A stretch of 63,814 nucleotides of DNA, the filler included, from Bdellovibrionota bacterium (lineage in GTDB: Bacteria; Bdellovibrionota; Bdellovibrionia; Bdellovibrionales; JAEYZS01), in assembly GCA_963169515.1 (NCBI GenBank). It is 5 parts of 5 records of this genome, joined end to end, with 100 filler letters (N's around TTAATTAATTAA, not from the genome) between each part and the next. Parts side by side here need not be neighbours in the genome. Positions count along the whole stretch, not along the records: positions 13,121 to 34,274 come from CAUJEF010000052.1; positions 34,375 to 41,237 come from CAUJEF010000053.1; 3 more parts are not named here. One strand, given 5' to 3'. Both the position numbers and the translations under genes were made by a program. Of this stretch, positions 30,896 to 40,867 are shown piece by piece. How positions within the stretch are numbered: position 1 is the first letter of the stretch; every line of letters begins with the position of its first letter. The notes beneath the pieces are model-generated. The model did no database searches, had not been told where the DNA came from, and saw only the letters and a program-made list of their open reading frames with translations.

Positions 30896-32365
30896 ATGCT
30901 GGCTGATCGCCGTGTGAAGATTGTTGCAACTGTGGGACCCACCAGTCGGGATCCACAAGTTATAAAAGGGCTCATTGAGTCCGGCGTAAATGTATTTCGT
31001 TTAAACTTTAGCCATGGCTCGCATGAAGAACATTTGACTGTTATTCAAGCGATTCGTTCTTTATCAAAAGAACTGAATGCCCCTGTTGCCATACTTCAGG
31101 ACCTTCAAGGCCCCAAAATTCGAGTAAATCGATTGAAAAACAAGTCTGTCATTCTGGCAAAAGGGGATACTGTTGCGCTAACGCCGATGGACGTGGAGGG
31201 CTCAAAAGAGCTCATCCCTGTGGATTATAAGGATTTGGTTGGAAGCTGCAAGGTGGGAATGCGGGTTCTGCTTGACGATGGATTACTTGAGCTTCGAGTG
31301 ACTGAAATTAAAAAAAACGAAGTGGTGTGTTTAGTTGTTTTTGGGGGGGAGCTTAAGGAGCGTAAAGGTGTAAACATTCCAGGTGCTCAACTTCAAATTG
31401 ATTGTCTCACAGACAAAGATTTAAGAGACCTTGAGTTTGGTTTAAAAAATGAAGTCGATTACATTGCGTTGAGCTTTGTTCGCCATGAAAATGATGTGGT
31501 TCAGTTGCGGGAACGAATTGAAAAGGCAAAGTCCAAGGCTCGAATCATCTCAAAGATAGAAATGCTCGAAGCACTTAATCGTTTGGAATACATCATTCGC
31601 GAGAGCGACGTTGTGATGGTTGCCCGAGGAGATTTGGCGGTTGAGGTTGGACAGAGCTTGTTGCCAGGGACCCAAAAAGAAATCATTAAACTGTGCAATT
31701 ACTATTCAAAACCGGTGATTACAGCGACCCAGATGTTGGATAGCATGGTCATAAATCCGCGACCCACACGAGCAGAGGTCACAGACATTGCAAATGCCGT
31801 TTTAGATGGTTCCGATGCGTGTATGTTATCTGCGGAAACGGCGAGCGGGCGCCACCCCATATTATGTGTTCAAACAATGGCAGACGTCATTACAGAGGTC
31901 GAAAAGACGTCCCAAAACTATTACAACATTGATTTGAAAGCTGAATTTTTGACTGTGGCTGAATCCATTGCCGCGAGCGCGTGTTTGTCTGCTTTGAAGC
32001 TTGATGCTAAGGCGATTGTGTGTTTGACGTCATCTGGGAAAACGGCGACTCAAATTGCGTCTTACCGGCCAAAAGCAAAAATTTTTGCAGCGACACATAA
32101 CCTTCCGACATTAAATAAACTAGAAATGGTGTGGGGGGTGCAAACGCTTGAAATTGTGGATTATAAAACTTCTGACGATGTTTTATGGCAAGTTGCACGA
32201 CTGCTATTTAAGTTTGAGATTGTGCAGCCAGGGGATCGGATCATTCTGACACTGGGGTTGCCAGTCAAGGCAAAAGGTACAACAGATTCAATGCGTGTCT
32301 TCACGGTTCCGGATAGTTTAGACCTACCAGAGACATCCGTTCCGCTTCGATTTCAAAAATTATAG
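30896..32365 (+). CDS. pyk: Pyruvate kinase
   Basis: KIVATVGP, FRLNFSHG, DLQGPKIR, MVARGDLAVE, TATQMLDSM, PTRAE. Confidence 0.98.
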   Translation: MLADRRVKIVATVGPTSRDPQVIKGLIESGVNVFRLNFSHGSHEEHLTVIQAIRSLSKELNAPVAILQDLQGPKIRVNRLKNKSVILAKGDTVALTPMDVEGSKELIPVDYKDLVGSCKVGMRVLLDDGLLELRVTEIKKNEVVCLVVFGGELKERKGVNIPGAQLQIDCLTDKDLRDLEFGLKNEVDYIALSFVRHENDVVQLRERIEKAKSKARIISKIEMLEALNRLEYIIRESDVVMVARGDLAVEVGQSLLPGTQKEIIKLCNYYSKPVITATQMLDSMVINPRPTRAEVTDIANAVLDGSDACMLSAETASGRHPILCVQTMADVITEVEKTSQNYYNIDLKAEFLTVAESIAASACLSALKLDAKAIVCLTSSGKTATQIASYRPKAKIFAATHNLPTLNKLEMVWGVQTLEIVDYKTSDDVLWQVARLLFKFEIVQPGDRIILTLGLPVKAKGTTDSMRVFTVPDSLDLPETSVPLRFQKL

Positions 32366-32737
32366 AACCGCTTCTTCAAGAATTTTCAAATAGCCTTGCA
32401 GATAAGATTTTTTCTGACTTTTGGATCGGGGCTTTTGATTTATATACTTCGGCTCGTAAGAAACTAAGGTTGTATATTCTAATTCGGATAAAGAACCTTG
32501 AATACGCTCAATTTCAGTTTGAATTTCAGTGTCATTTCGATCATTAATAAAAAATTCCGCATCTGACATTCCCATATCATGGAATGAAAACGGCACGGTA
32601 TTGATGCTTGAATAATCGTATGTGAATTTTTTTGTCTTTTCTTTGTGAAGGCGTGCTGCCCGTGTCTCTTTTTTATTTAAGGCAAAAGTGGGCGTCACAA
32701 CCAGTAATGCGAGCAAAATGCTAAATATTGTTTTCAT
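32360..32737 (-). CDS. Secreted hypothetical protein
   Basis: Signal peptide ending TFA; RBS and sigma54-like promoter upstream. Confidence 0.7.
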   Translation of the reverse strand: MKTIFSILLALLVVTPTFALNKKETRAARLHKEKTKKFTYDYSSINTVPFSFHDMGMSDAEFFINDRNDTEIQTEIERIQGSLSELEYTTLVSYEPKYINQKPRSKSQKKSYLQGYLKILEEAVL

Positions 32738-32779
32738 AGTCTTATCCGTCCCTTAAATAGTTATTCTAAAGGGTTTTAT

Positions 32780-32795
32780 CGCAATCTGCGTGCCC
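32780..32795 (-). promoter_or_regulatory. Putative sigma54 promoter
   Basis: Minus strand GGGCACGCAGATTGCG, GG-N10-GC. Confidence 0.65.
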
Positions 32796-32941
32796 GCCTG
32801 TTGTCGTATTGAAACTGGCAATAGTTGGACAGTACTGTAACAGTTTCAAAATAAGAGACACTTTCAGGCACGCAAGATCCTGATTTTTAAGCGCGCCAGG
32901 ACTTATGGCCATTGCATAATTGCTGTTTAGTCCAGAGGCCT

Positions 32942-32968
32942 TCAGCTGCAGAGGCTAACTACCGAATA
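32942..32968 (+). promoter_or_regulatory. Possible sigma28 promoter
   Basis: TCAG-N15-ACCGAATA upstream of 33008. Confidence 0.45.
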
Positions 32969-33007
32969 TGATTAAGTGAAATTTAGCAACTGAAGGTGCT
33001 ACAGCAT

Positions 33008-33988
33008 ATGGCGGGGCAAATAAAAAAATTGGAAAAAGGGGATTATCTTTTCAAAGAAGGTGATACTTCCGACGCAATGTATGTGGTGAAAAAAGGAAGT
33101 GTTGGAATCTATAAGGCAAAAGGCCAAGCAGAGGTTGAACTGGCAACAGTGAAGCCGGGGCAAATGCTAGGCGAGATGGCATTTTTTGATCAAAAACCCC
33201 GAAGTGCAACTGCGAAAGCTGTAGCACAGTCAGAGGTGATCGAACTTCCATTCAATGCACTCCAAGCCCATTTCAATCAAATGCCGGAATGGCTAAAATC
33301 AATGGTGAAGACCATTAACGAAAATCTACGCGATGCAAATAAGAAGATTAAGCAATTGGAAAAGGTCGAAGAAGGTAATCAGCACGCGTTTCCCCCGCAC
33401 ACCATCACGCGCTTGTGTGCGATAATTGCAATGGTCGCAGAACGCTATGGTGAAGAAACTGCCGAGGGCGTGGTTCTGCCCCAGTACACGTTAAGGAATT
33501 ACTGCATTCAGATTTTTCAGCAACCAACAGCAAAGATGGATCGGCTGATGACAATACTTGAAGGCTTTGGAATTATGAAAGTCGAAGATTTGGGTGAGCA
33601 AAGAAAAAAAATTATCTTGTTCAAAAAAGATTTTCTGTTTGGGTTTGTTGAATACTACAATGACTATTTATTCAAGGATGAATCAAAACGGGTGACTGTA
33701 GAAGACAAGGACCTAAAAATTTTAAAGGCTCTAATGCATTTTGGTCGCAAAGTCCCTGCAAATGATAAAAAACGTCACAAGGTCAGCCTTGAGCAAATTC
33801 AAAATGAATCCATGAAGGAAGTCGGCTATGTCGTTACGACTAAGGATTATGAGAATGTTATTTCAAAGCAGCTTACTTCTGAAAAAATTGCTGATCCAGA
33901 TGGCATAAAGCTCGAAATAGATATCGAGTACTTAGAAAAAATAGTTCCTTACTGGGAAGTAATATACGGAATTGAACGGAACGGTTAA
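33008..33988 (+). CDS. Cyclic-nucleotide-binding (Crp-like N-terminus) protein
   Basis: LFKEGD, MYVVKKG, GEMAFFDQKPRSATA phosphate-binding cassette. Confidence 0.88.
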   Translation: MAGQIKKLEKGDYLFKEGDTSDAMYVVKKGSVGIYKAKGQAEVELATVKPGQMLGEMAFFDQKPRSATAKAVAQSEVIELPFNALQAHFNQMPEWLKSMVKTINENLRDANKKIKQLEKVEEGNQHAFPPHTITRLCAIIAMVAERYGEETAEGVVLPQYTLRNYCIQIFQQPTAKMDRLMTILEGFGIMKVEDLGEQRKKIILFKKDFLFGFVEYYNDYLFKDESKRVTVEDKDLKILKALMHFGRKVPANDKKRHKVSLEQIQNESMKEVGYVVTTKDYENVISKQLTSEKIADPDGIKLEIDIEYLEKIVPYWEVIYGIERNG

Positions 33989-34274
33989 AAACTGGCCCAC
34001 ATGATTGTTGAAAAAAGGCCTCTTTGAACCAAAAGAACTAAGACATCCTGTCTTTGAATCCCGAAAATTTGGCCATCCATGGCCAAACCTGTGGCGCTCG
34101 CCATAAATGGCAAGCGTTTTCTGGATTCCTAAGAACAGGGACCCTTTATGCTGTCTTTTCTAAAAGCACATGATTGTGATAGTAAACATAGAGCTCGATA
34201 TGGTCTTTTAAGCGTTCTATGTTTTTTGTAGTACACCAGGTTTTGCGAAATAACCGATTGATATTCGCCCGAAG
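33989..34274 (-). mobile_element. 3' end of IS1-like transposase plus structured right-end region, copy B
   Basis: Reverse complement of 13123-13407; coding part 34146-34274 identical, six substitutions in the non-coding part. Confidence 0.75.
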
Positions 34275-34374
34275 NNNNNNNNNNNNNNNNNNNNNNNNNN
34301 NNNNNNNNNNNNNNNNNNTTAATTAATTAANNNNNNNNNNNNNNNNNNNNNNNNNNNNNNNNNNNNNNNNNNNN
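34275..34374. other. Artificial contig linker
   Basis: N44-TTAATTAATTAA-N44. Confidence 0.99.
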
Positions 34375-35637
34375 AACCAAGAATTTTTTTGCGAACGTAT
34401 CCAATGTCTTTTCAATTTCGTCCACAGGCAAATGCTGATTCACGTTGTCCGGATAATGGAACTGCGAAAAATCACGAACACTCTCGAGATCTTTTAAAAT
34501 GCTCCCAACAGGTACAGTTTTTGATGAAGCCCACGGGTGGCTGAACGCCAAAATCGAAAAGCGATCAAGCATCGGACCGGACATTTTCTGAATTGAGTTT
34601 AAACAAAATTTAGGTCGCCCCTTGCAATCGAACTCCGCGGCTGGGATTAAATGTCCGCATGGACACAGATTTGTCGTTGCCAACAGAATAAAACGAGCGG
34701 GGAAAACCATAACGCTTCCGGTGCGTGAAATGGTTATTTTCCCCGCTTCGAGTGGCTCGCGAAGAGCCTCAATGACCTTAGGCTCAAACTCCAAGAACTC
34801 ATCCATGACGAGCACCCCCCCATGAGCCCTTGTAATTTCACCCGGTTTGGGCTGCCCCCCACCACCAATCATGGCAAGGTTGGTGGATGTGTGATGTGGC
34901 GCGACTACAGGCCGCCAATTTGTTGGAATACCAAAATGTCTAGAAATCTGCTGTGATTTTTTAAACTCGTTCGAATTAGGCTCCCCCAATAAATTGGCGA
35001 TCACAAATGCAAGCGTTGTTTTTCCGGTCCCGGGAGGTCCTGCAAATAATGTGTGGTGCTCCCCATGGGCGGCTATTTTTATCAGCTCTGCTTGTTCAAG
35101 TGTGACTTTGATGTTTGGCAATTCAGGACGATTTGCTCGAATTCCCAAATCAACGGGTCTGATGAAATTCGGGCTTTTTAAATCTTTAAGTTCGCCCAAG
35201 CTCATCACTTCGAAATCACATTCCGTTAATCTACCCGTATAGAATGTGCGTGACCGCGGTAGTTCTATGATATCCGTAAAATCATCTGGGACCAGGACGT
35301 CCCCTTTGAGCGACAGTTCTCCATATAAAGCAACGGATTCAACCTCAGGCGCAACTTCTTGATTTGTTTCCCACAAAATTCCTGCCGCAACAGCAAGATC
35401 CAACCCTCTGCTGCTTTTCTTCAGATAATTGGGGCGCAAATTTACTAGAATTTGTTTTGATTTTGGCAACCGATAACCCTGATGCTTTAGCGCTGATTGA
35501 ATGCGAACAACACTTTCCCTTATCAAAGGATCAGGCAAGCCCAGAAATTGAATCTTAGGAATACCAGGGGTTAGACTGATTTCTATTTCAACAGGGCGTA
35601 AGCCCAAACCATCGCGAATATAAGACGTAAGTTTCAT
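34375..35637 (-). CDS. comM: YifB/ComM family Mg-chelatase-like AAA ATPase (3' partial)
   Basis: GLPDPLIRES, GLDLAVA, GPPGTGKT, APHHTS, PGEITRAHGGVLVMDE, NLCPCG, SGPMLDR. Confidence 0.92.
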
Positions 35638-35719
35638 GGAAAACAGACAGTGCAAAGATGCCAAGCACTGCCAAATTGAAATTAATTAGTTATTAAATAA
35701 ACTTTGTCCGATATACGAA

Positions 35720-36589
35720 TTATATGTCTTTTAATTTCGAAAGCGGATGATGCTCTTCAACTGTTTCAACAAGCTTTTTGGCCGTCACAGTTGTATAGAT
35801 TTGAGTTGTTTGAAGACTTGAATGTCCTAAAAGCATTTGGATCGATCGCAAATCTGCCCCTGATTCCAGCAAGGCGGTTGCGCAACCATGACGGAATTGG
35901 TGCGGGCCGATTGGCTCACTAAAGCCAGCACGTTTTGACCAAGATGAAAGCCAGCGCCAAATATCAACACGGCTTGGACGATTGCCACGATCATTTATTA
36001 AGATGGAATATGTTGTGTCCTTGATCAAATCAGGCCTGACAGTCTCTAGATAGGCCTTCAATTCCGTTCGCAGATTTTCAGTCAATGGGACCACGCGCTG
36101 TTTATTGCCTTTGCCCATCACAGTAAGCCAGCTTTGCGTTTCGTTGAAATCGTGAATATTAAGTTGAATCAGCTCAGACACACGGCAGCCCAAACCAAAA
36201 AGCATCATTAATGTTAATTTATTTCGTTGGGTTCTGTTTGTATCGTCAACAACACAGGCATCAAATAGTTTTTTGTAATCTTCGTGGGACAGGACCTCTG
36301 GCAGCTTGGTTTGAACTTTTGGTAAGCGCAATTCACGCAATTCTGGCGCAGGGACTCCACGATCTTCAATAAATTTAAAATAGGTTCGAAGACTGCTGAT
36401 CGCACGCGCCTGTGAACGATCACTCAGTTTTTTCTTTTTCATATAGGGATAAAAACCCTTGATGCCTTGATTTGATTTTTTGTATTCGACGTACAACTCT
36501 AAATCATGACGGTAGGCTTTAACTGTATTTTGTGATCGCCCCCGCACATTTTGCAAATCTTGAAAAAACTCGGTCCAAAGTTCTAACAT
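35720..36589 (-). CDS. xerD: Tyrosine recombinase XerD/XerC family
   Basis: GCRVSEL, GKGNKQR, PHQFRHGCAT.LL, GADLRSIQMLLGHSSLQTTQIYT. Confidence 0.8.
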   Translation of the reverse strand: MLELWTEFFQDLQNVRGRSQNTVKAYRHDLELYVEYKKSNQGIKGFYPYMKKKKLSDRSQARAISSLRTYFKFIEDRGVPAPELRELRLPKVQTKLPEVLSHEDYKKLFDACVVDDTNRTQRNKLTLMMLFGLGCRVSELIQLNIHDFNETQSWLTVMGKGNKQRVVPLTENLRTELKAYLETVRPDLIKDTTYSILINDRGNRPSRVDIWRWLSSWSKRAGFSEPIGPHQFRHGCATALLESGADLRSIQMLLGHSSLQTTQIYTTVTAKKLVETVEEHHPLSKLKDI

Positions 36590-36694
36590 TGCTTTCCTTC
36601 AGTCGTAGATAGCATTAACTGTAGGAAACTTTAAAGAATTGGCAAGTCTTTCGCGTGTGCGGCTTAAACGCAATCCGTCAATGTGGATAATTAT

Positions 36695-37306
36695 TTAGAT
36701 TGAAAATCCTTCGAGATTTGAAAATTTGCCCAGATACAGCGTATTGTCATTGGCATCATAGATCTTTAATTGAATATCGGCGTCCAAATCGCCTTCGGCA
36801 ACATCATAAGATTCAAGCACTAATCCCCCCGATGTTCCTTCGACAAGTGTATTGAATACACCGCCATCCGAGAAGCCCGGTTCGCCTGCATTAACATTGC
36901 TAAAATATTTTACGTGCGATGTGCCTGCAATTTGGTATTCGAGCACAAGCACATCGTCAGAGGTCTCATCAGAGTATATCTTGTGGAAAAAATAAACGCG
37001 AACCTTTTCAAGATCGGTTTCAGAGAAGTTTTCTCCCGTTATAAGATTCCAAGAAATTGGCGCAACTGCATTCAAGGGCCCCATCGGTTCATAACCACGT
37101 TCCCATTGCGCAAAATAAAAGTACGTATTTGGATCTTCGTACATTTGACGCAAAGACTCGGACTGGCCCGTCAACGGGAGCACATTGTTCATATAATTTT
37201 GAATGTCTTCAGCGCTGGCACCGCTATCCACATTGCGGTATCTGAAATCGCACGCCGTAAGGGCCAGACATGCGCTAATTAATAGAATGTTAAGATACCG
37301 TTTCAT
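36695..37306 (-). CDS. Lipoprotein, unknown function
   Basis: Lipobox LTAC. Confidence 0.75.
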   Translation of the reverse strand: MKRYLNILLISACLALTACDFRYRNVDSGASAEDIQNYMNNVLPLTGQSESLRQMYEDPNTYFYFAQWERGYEPMGPLNAVAPISWNLITGENFSETDLEKVRVYFFHKIYSDETSDDVLVLEYQIAGTSHVKYFSNVNAGEPGFSDGGVFNTLVEGTSGGLVLESYDVAEGDLDADIQLKIYDANDNTLYLGKFSNLEGFSI

Positions 37307-37321
37307 ATTGCCTCTAAAAAA

Positions 37322-37807
37322 TTAATATAGCGGAACCTGGCAAAAACCGTCCGAGATCGTTACGTTAAGCTTACCTTGGTTGCCAAGAACGACACCCTGG
37401 ACATAAATGCCTGGGCCAATTTGCATACCCGCTGACAAAGATCCTTCTCCGTAAACTTGCATACCTTGACCCATCTGTTGGAAGCCGCGGCATCCATACG
37501 GATAGGCAGGGAACACAAGCTGGCCTTGCAATCGTTGATACCCTTGGCCAAGATTTTGTAGGTTAACAGCTAAAACGATTGTTGGCGAAGATGGGTTATC
37601 CATTGCGCAGTATTGGAACATACAACTACTGCCTCCACCGGGGCCTCTTGGTCCGCCAGGTCCTATTGGACCGCCCGGATAAATATTCCCTTGATAACCG
37701 TTCTTGTTCTTATCACTCTTACCGCACGCACCCACTGTTACAACAACGGTGGCCGCAAGAGCCACAAAAGCGATCGCTCTTAATACTTTAGCAAAATTTG
37801 TTTTCAT
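37322..37807 (-). CDS. Gly/Gln-rich lipoprotein, unknown function
   Basis: Lipobox VGAC, PGGP linker. Confidence 0.75.
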   Translation of the reverse strand: MKTNFAKVLRAIAFVALAATVVVTVGACGKSDKNKNGYQGNIYPGGPIGPGGPRGPGGGSSCMFQYCAMDNPSSPTIVLAVNLQNLGQGYQRLQGQLVFPAYPYGCRGFQQMGQGMQVYGEGSLSAGMQIGPGIYVQGVVLGNQGKLNVTISDGFCQVPLY

Positions 37808-37828
37808 AAAAAATCCTCTTAAAAAAAA

Positions 37829-38656
37829 TTAATCCTCAATATTTAAAGCTTTTATTAAATCCACGTTATCAAAACGTCCCAACTCTTCATATCCAGATGG
37901 GGGCAACGTCGGTGAATTCGCGTTGTTCAAAATCGTGCTGCACGCATAAGGTCCCTTTGTAAGAAACCAACAAGGAATCTTTGAGCCGTCCATAACTGGT
38001 ACCAAACTTGATAGAGCCCGGTAATCGCGGATTGGTTGTTCATTACATATATATGGATAGTGCGTACCGCAAATATCATAGTTAAAGTTCTTCATAAACA
38101 CTCGGCCGCTCCAAGAACCAAGGTCGTTTGTTTCTTCGCTAAATACGATCACAAGCGCGCCGAGGCTATCTTGTACATAAAACTTAAACGCAGTCGTACC
38201 TGCGTAGAACACGTTGTATTGGGAGTCGAAAAGCTGGTTTTCGGCCAGCGTTGAATTGCTCGACCAGAACTTTGCAAGTTTATTAGATGAGCCCGTAACA
38301 TTACCGTTTACAGGGTCTAATATCGCTTGCGTGTAACCGATACGAACCTCACCGTTATATTTTGGTGCAGCTTGAGACTCTTCAATATTTTCAAAATCAA
38401 AATTAATAGTCGCGTTTTCAATATCATCTAAGCTGATCGCCCGACCCGTATATTTTTGAAGCATTGCCGTGCTTTTGAAAGCAAACTCAACCGTTTCCCC
38501 GCCTGTGTGGTTTTCGCCGTTATCATCGTCGTCATTGCGCGGGTCCACAGTTACAGGCGGATTAAATGCTTTAGCTTTTGTTTTTTTACCACAACCAGTG
38601 CCCAACACTGCCAGCAATGCCAGTAGCATGAATATGGTTAATGTTTGTTTTGCCAT
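37829..38656 (-). CDS. Lipoprotein, unknown function
   Basis: Lipobox GTGC; C-terminal Cys pairs (CWF..KGPYAC). Confidence 0.75.
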   Translation of the reverse strand: MAKQTLTIFMLLALLAVLGTGCGKKTKAKAFNPPVTVDPRNDDDDNGENHTGGETVEFAFKSTAMLQKYTGRAISLDDIENATINFDFENIEESQAAPKYNGEVRIGYTQAILDPVNGNVTGSSNKLAKFWSSNSTLAENQLFDSQYNVFYAGTTAFKFYVQDSLGALVIVFSEETNDLGSWSGRVFMKNFNYDICGTHYPYICNEQPIRDYRALSSLVPVMDGSKIPCWFLTKGPYACSTILNNANSPTLPPSGYEELGRFDNVDLIKALNIED

Positions 38657-39108
38657 AATGGCCGCCTCTCTTCTTCTTTCTCGAGGATGTCCAATAATAG
38701 GGTTCTCCTCACAGAGTAGTAATTACAATGACCATGCCGATATGCCAGGCTGGCTTAACTGGTTTGAAACACTTGGTTTTTCAAAATAGCATCTCAAAAT
38801 GAGACACTCGGTCACAGGGGATAAAGTGACCTTCTACGTCTCTTGGAAAAGTTGTTTGTGCATTCCCCAGTTCTTTTAAGCCCTTACCTTGCTTTGTTAA
38901 AATATTTTATTGAATAAAAATGCCTGCTCAACATCAAAGGGCCTAACTGCCCAAGGGTAATGTTCGTCAAACTATTCAACTGTCAAAAGCCTAAACAAAG
39001 AAGCTTCCTGTTTTGCTTTTGCGCCGCAGTAGCAATACTTTTAAATAGACTCCATCCTTAAAGATTTATCTACTGGTCTGGCTTAGAAAATTCTTCGGGG
39101 GGGGAATC

Positions 39109-40845
39109 ATGCGAAGTCTATTCATCATTGTGCTATTCACGTTTACTCAAGCAAACGCAAAATGGGTAAGCTTGGAACAAAATCAAAAACAGGCTCCAGA
39201 AAAATCCGTTGTAAAAACAGAGACTGGCTACTTAATTAATGTCAAAACGACAGGATTTGATTATCAACCTGTAAAAGTAAAAGGTATCAATTTTAGTCGA
39301 CTAAACTTGTACAAAAGCAACAGCGCACTACAAGAGGTCGGAAAGCCTCAAATCCCTGTGATTCGCCAATTGGTGGAATTACCGACAGGTGCCGCAATTC
39401 TAAAAATCACTTCAGCCGAAAAAAAACGAATTCACCTTCCTTTGGCGGGTATTGCTGATCGAATTGCTCCTGCCCAAGAATCTTCAGCAAAACTTCCAAA
39501 CGCAGCCGAGATCCCATTAAAACTGGATCCAAAGATCTACAATTTTGATTCTGTGTATCCGCAGTTTGAAGCTCGCATTGCCTATCAGGGCAGTGTACGC
39601 GGTCACCAAATTGCGATGATTGAAATCGCCCCTGTGCAATACAATGCAACTCGTGGCGACATAGTATATGCCCCAGACATGAAAGTTGAAGTGATCAACC
39701 AGGCCCCAACGTCTGAGCTTCCCAAAAAATTTAACTCAAAAAGCTTCGACGCCTACCAAACCGATATCATTGAAGGTTACAAACCAACAAGCGATGTAGC
39801 CAGTGCCGAAGGCCTTCTTGTCATCGTTGGCGAAGGCTTTGAAAAAAGCGCAAACGTAACTGCGCTTGTTGAGAGCAAAAAATCCCGCGGCTATGCTGTG
39901 ACTACGCGAAACGTGGCCGACCTGGGTAATGATCCGCAAAGTATCCGCGCTGCAATTCAAAAATTATACAAAGAAGCACCATCCTCAAGCCCACTCGTAT
40001 ACGTGTTGCTCGTCGGTGACGTCGACAAAATCGCTTCTTACGACCAAGGCGAATTTACGAACAATTACTATGCCGCTATCGACAAAGGAACTTACGCGGA
40101 AGACTCTACATTTCCCGATCTTGCCGTTGGTCGTTTGACTGTCAGCACAGAAGCCGAGCTTGCTGTGGTTGTAAATAAAATCGTAAAATACGATATTCGC
40201 AAATTTAACGACTCTAGCTGGCGCAATAAAATTTCGTTTATAGCGACAGATGATCTTTATGAAGTTGCCGAAGGCACACACAACTATGTGATTAATAACT
40301 ACACTGGAAATTTAGGGTACAAGGGCATTTTCCCAACGGCCGATGAAAAGGGCGGCGACAAACTCTATGCGATTACAAATAATGCAACTTCCGCAGACGT
40401 AATCAACTCAGCCAATAATGGGCGCGTTCTTATTTCTTATTCTGGGCACGGAGCAGAAGATGGCTGGCTCGGCCCTCAGTTCGGCATGGATGATGTAAAA
40501 TCTCTGACACATGACGAAGCCCTTCCTTATGTGATGAGCCACGCGTGCCTAACAGGTTCTTTTGGCAATTCAAGCGATAGTTTCGCAGAGGTTTGGTTGA
40601 AAACCGAACACGGTGCCATTGGTTACTGGGGAACAAGCAATCTATCTTACTGGGACGAAGACGATATTTTGGAAAAGGCATTCTTTGATGGCGTTTACAA
40701 AGAAGGCATCAAAACGGTAGGCCAAATGAATCTCTTTGGTTTACAGGGTGTACGCACATTCTATAACAATGAAGGGCGTACAGAATACTACTACCAGATT
40801 TACAATTTGATGGGTGACCCAACGACCGAACTCATGCTGCCATAA
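39109..40845 (+). CDS. Gingipain-like C25 cysteine peptidase with propeptide
   Basis: Signal peptide; EVGKPQIP propeptide motif; YVLLVGD, PDLAVGRL, SYSGHG (His), HACLTG (Cys), YNLMGDP. Confidence 0.9.
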   Translation: MRSLFIIVLFTFTQANAKWVSLEQNQKQAPEKSVVKTETGYLINVKTTGFDYQPVKVKGINFSRLNLYKSNSALQEVGKPQIPVIRQLVELPTGAAILKITSAEKKRIHLPLAGIADRIAPAQESSAKLPNAAEIPLKLDPKIYNFDSVYPQFEARIAYQGSVRGHQIAMIEIAPVQYNATRGDIVYAPDMKVEVINQAPTSELPKKFNSKSFDAYQTDIIEGYKPTSDVASAEGLLVIVGEGFEKSANVTALVESKKSRGYAVTTRNVADLGNDPQSIRAAIQKLYKEAPSSSPLVYVLLVGDVDKIASYDQGEFTNNYYAAIDKGTYAEDSTFPDLAVGRLTVSTEAELAVVVNKIVKYDIRKFNDSSWRNKISFIATDDLYEVAEGTHNYVINNYTGNLGYKGIFPTADEKGGDKLYAITNNATSADVINSANNGRVLISYSGHGAEDGWLGPQFGMDDVKSLTHDEALPYVMSHACLTGSFGNSSDSFAEVWLKTEHGAIGYWGTSNLSYWDEDDILEKAFFDGVYKEGIKTVGQMNLFGLQGVRTFYNNEGRTEYYYQIYNLMGDPTTELMLP

Positions 40846-40867
40846 TCTAAATCCGAAGGGGGGGGCC

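Noticed and set aside
13121..34274. Composite transposon carrying the 21-kb block
   Set aside because: Cargo is housekeeping (argS, pyk, rsmI) and outer IS ends are not visible; contig breaks at a multicopy IS explain the pattern
35720..36589. Recombinase as a phage/island integrase or as the invertase for the palindromes
   Set aside because: Has housekeeping Xer motifs (GADLRSIQ.LLGH); no att or dif site recognised; on a different contig from the palindromes
38657..39108. 450-bp intergenic region as ncRNA or c-di-GMP riboswitch
   Set aside because: No recognisable RNA motif; adequately explained as a divergent promoter region
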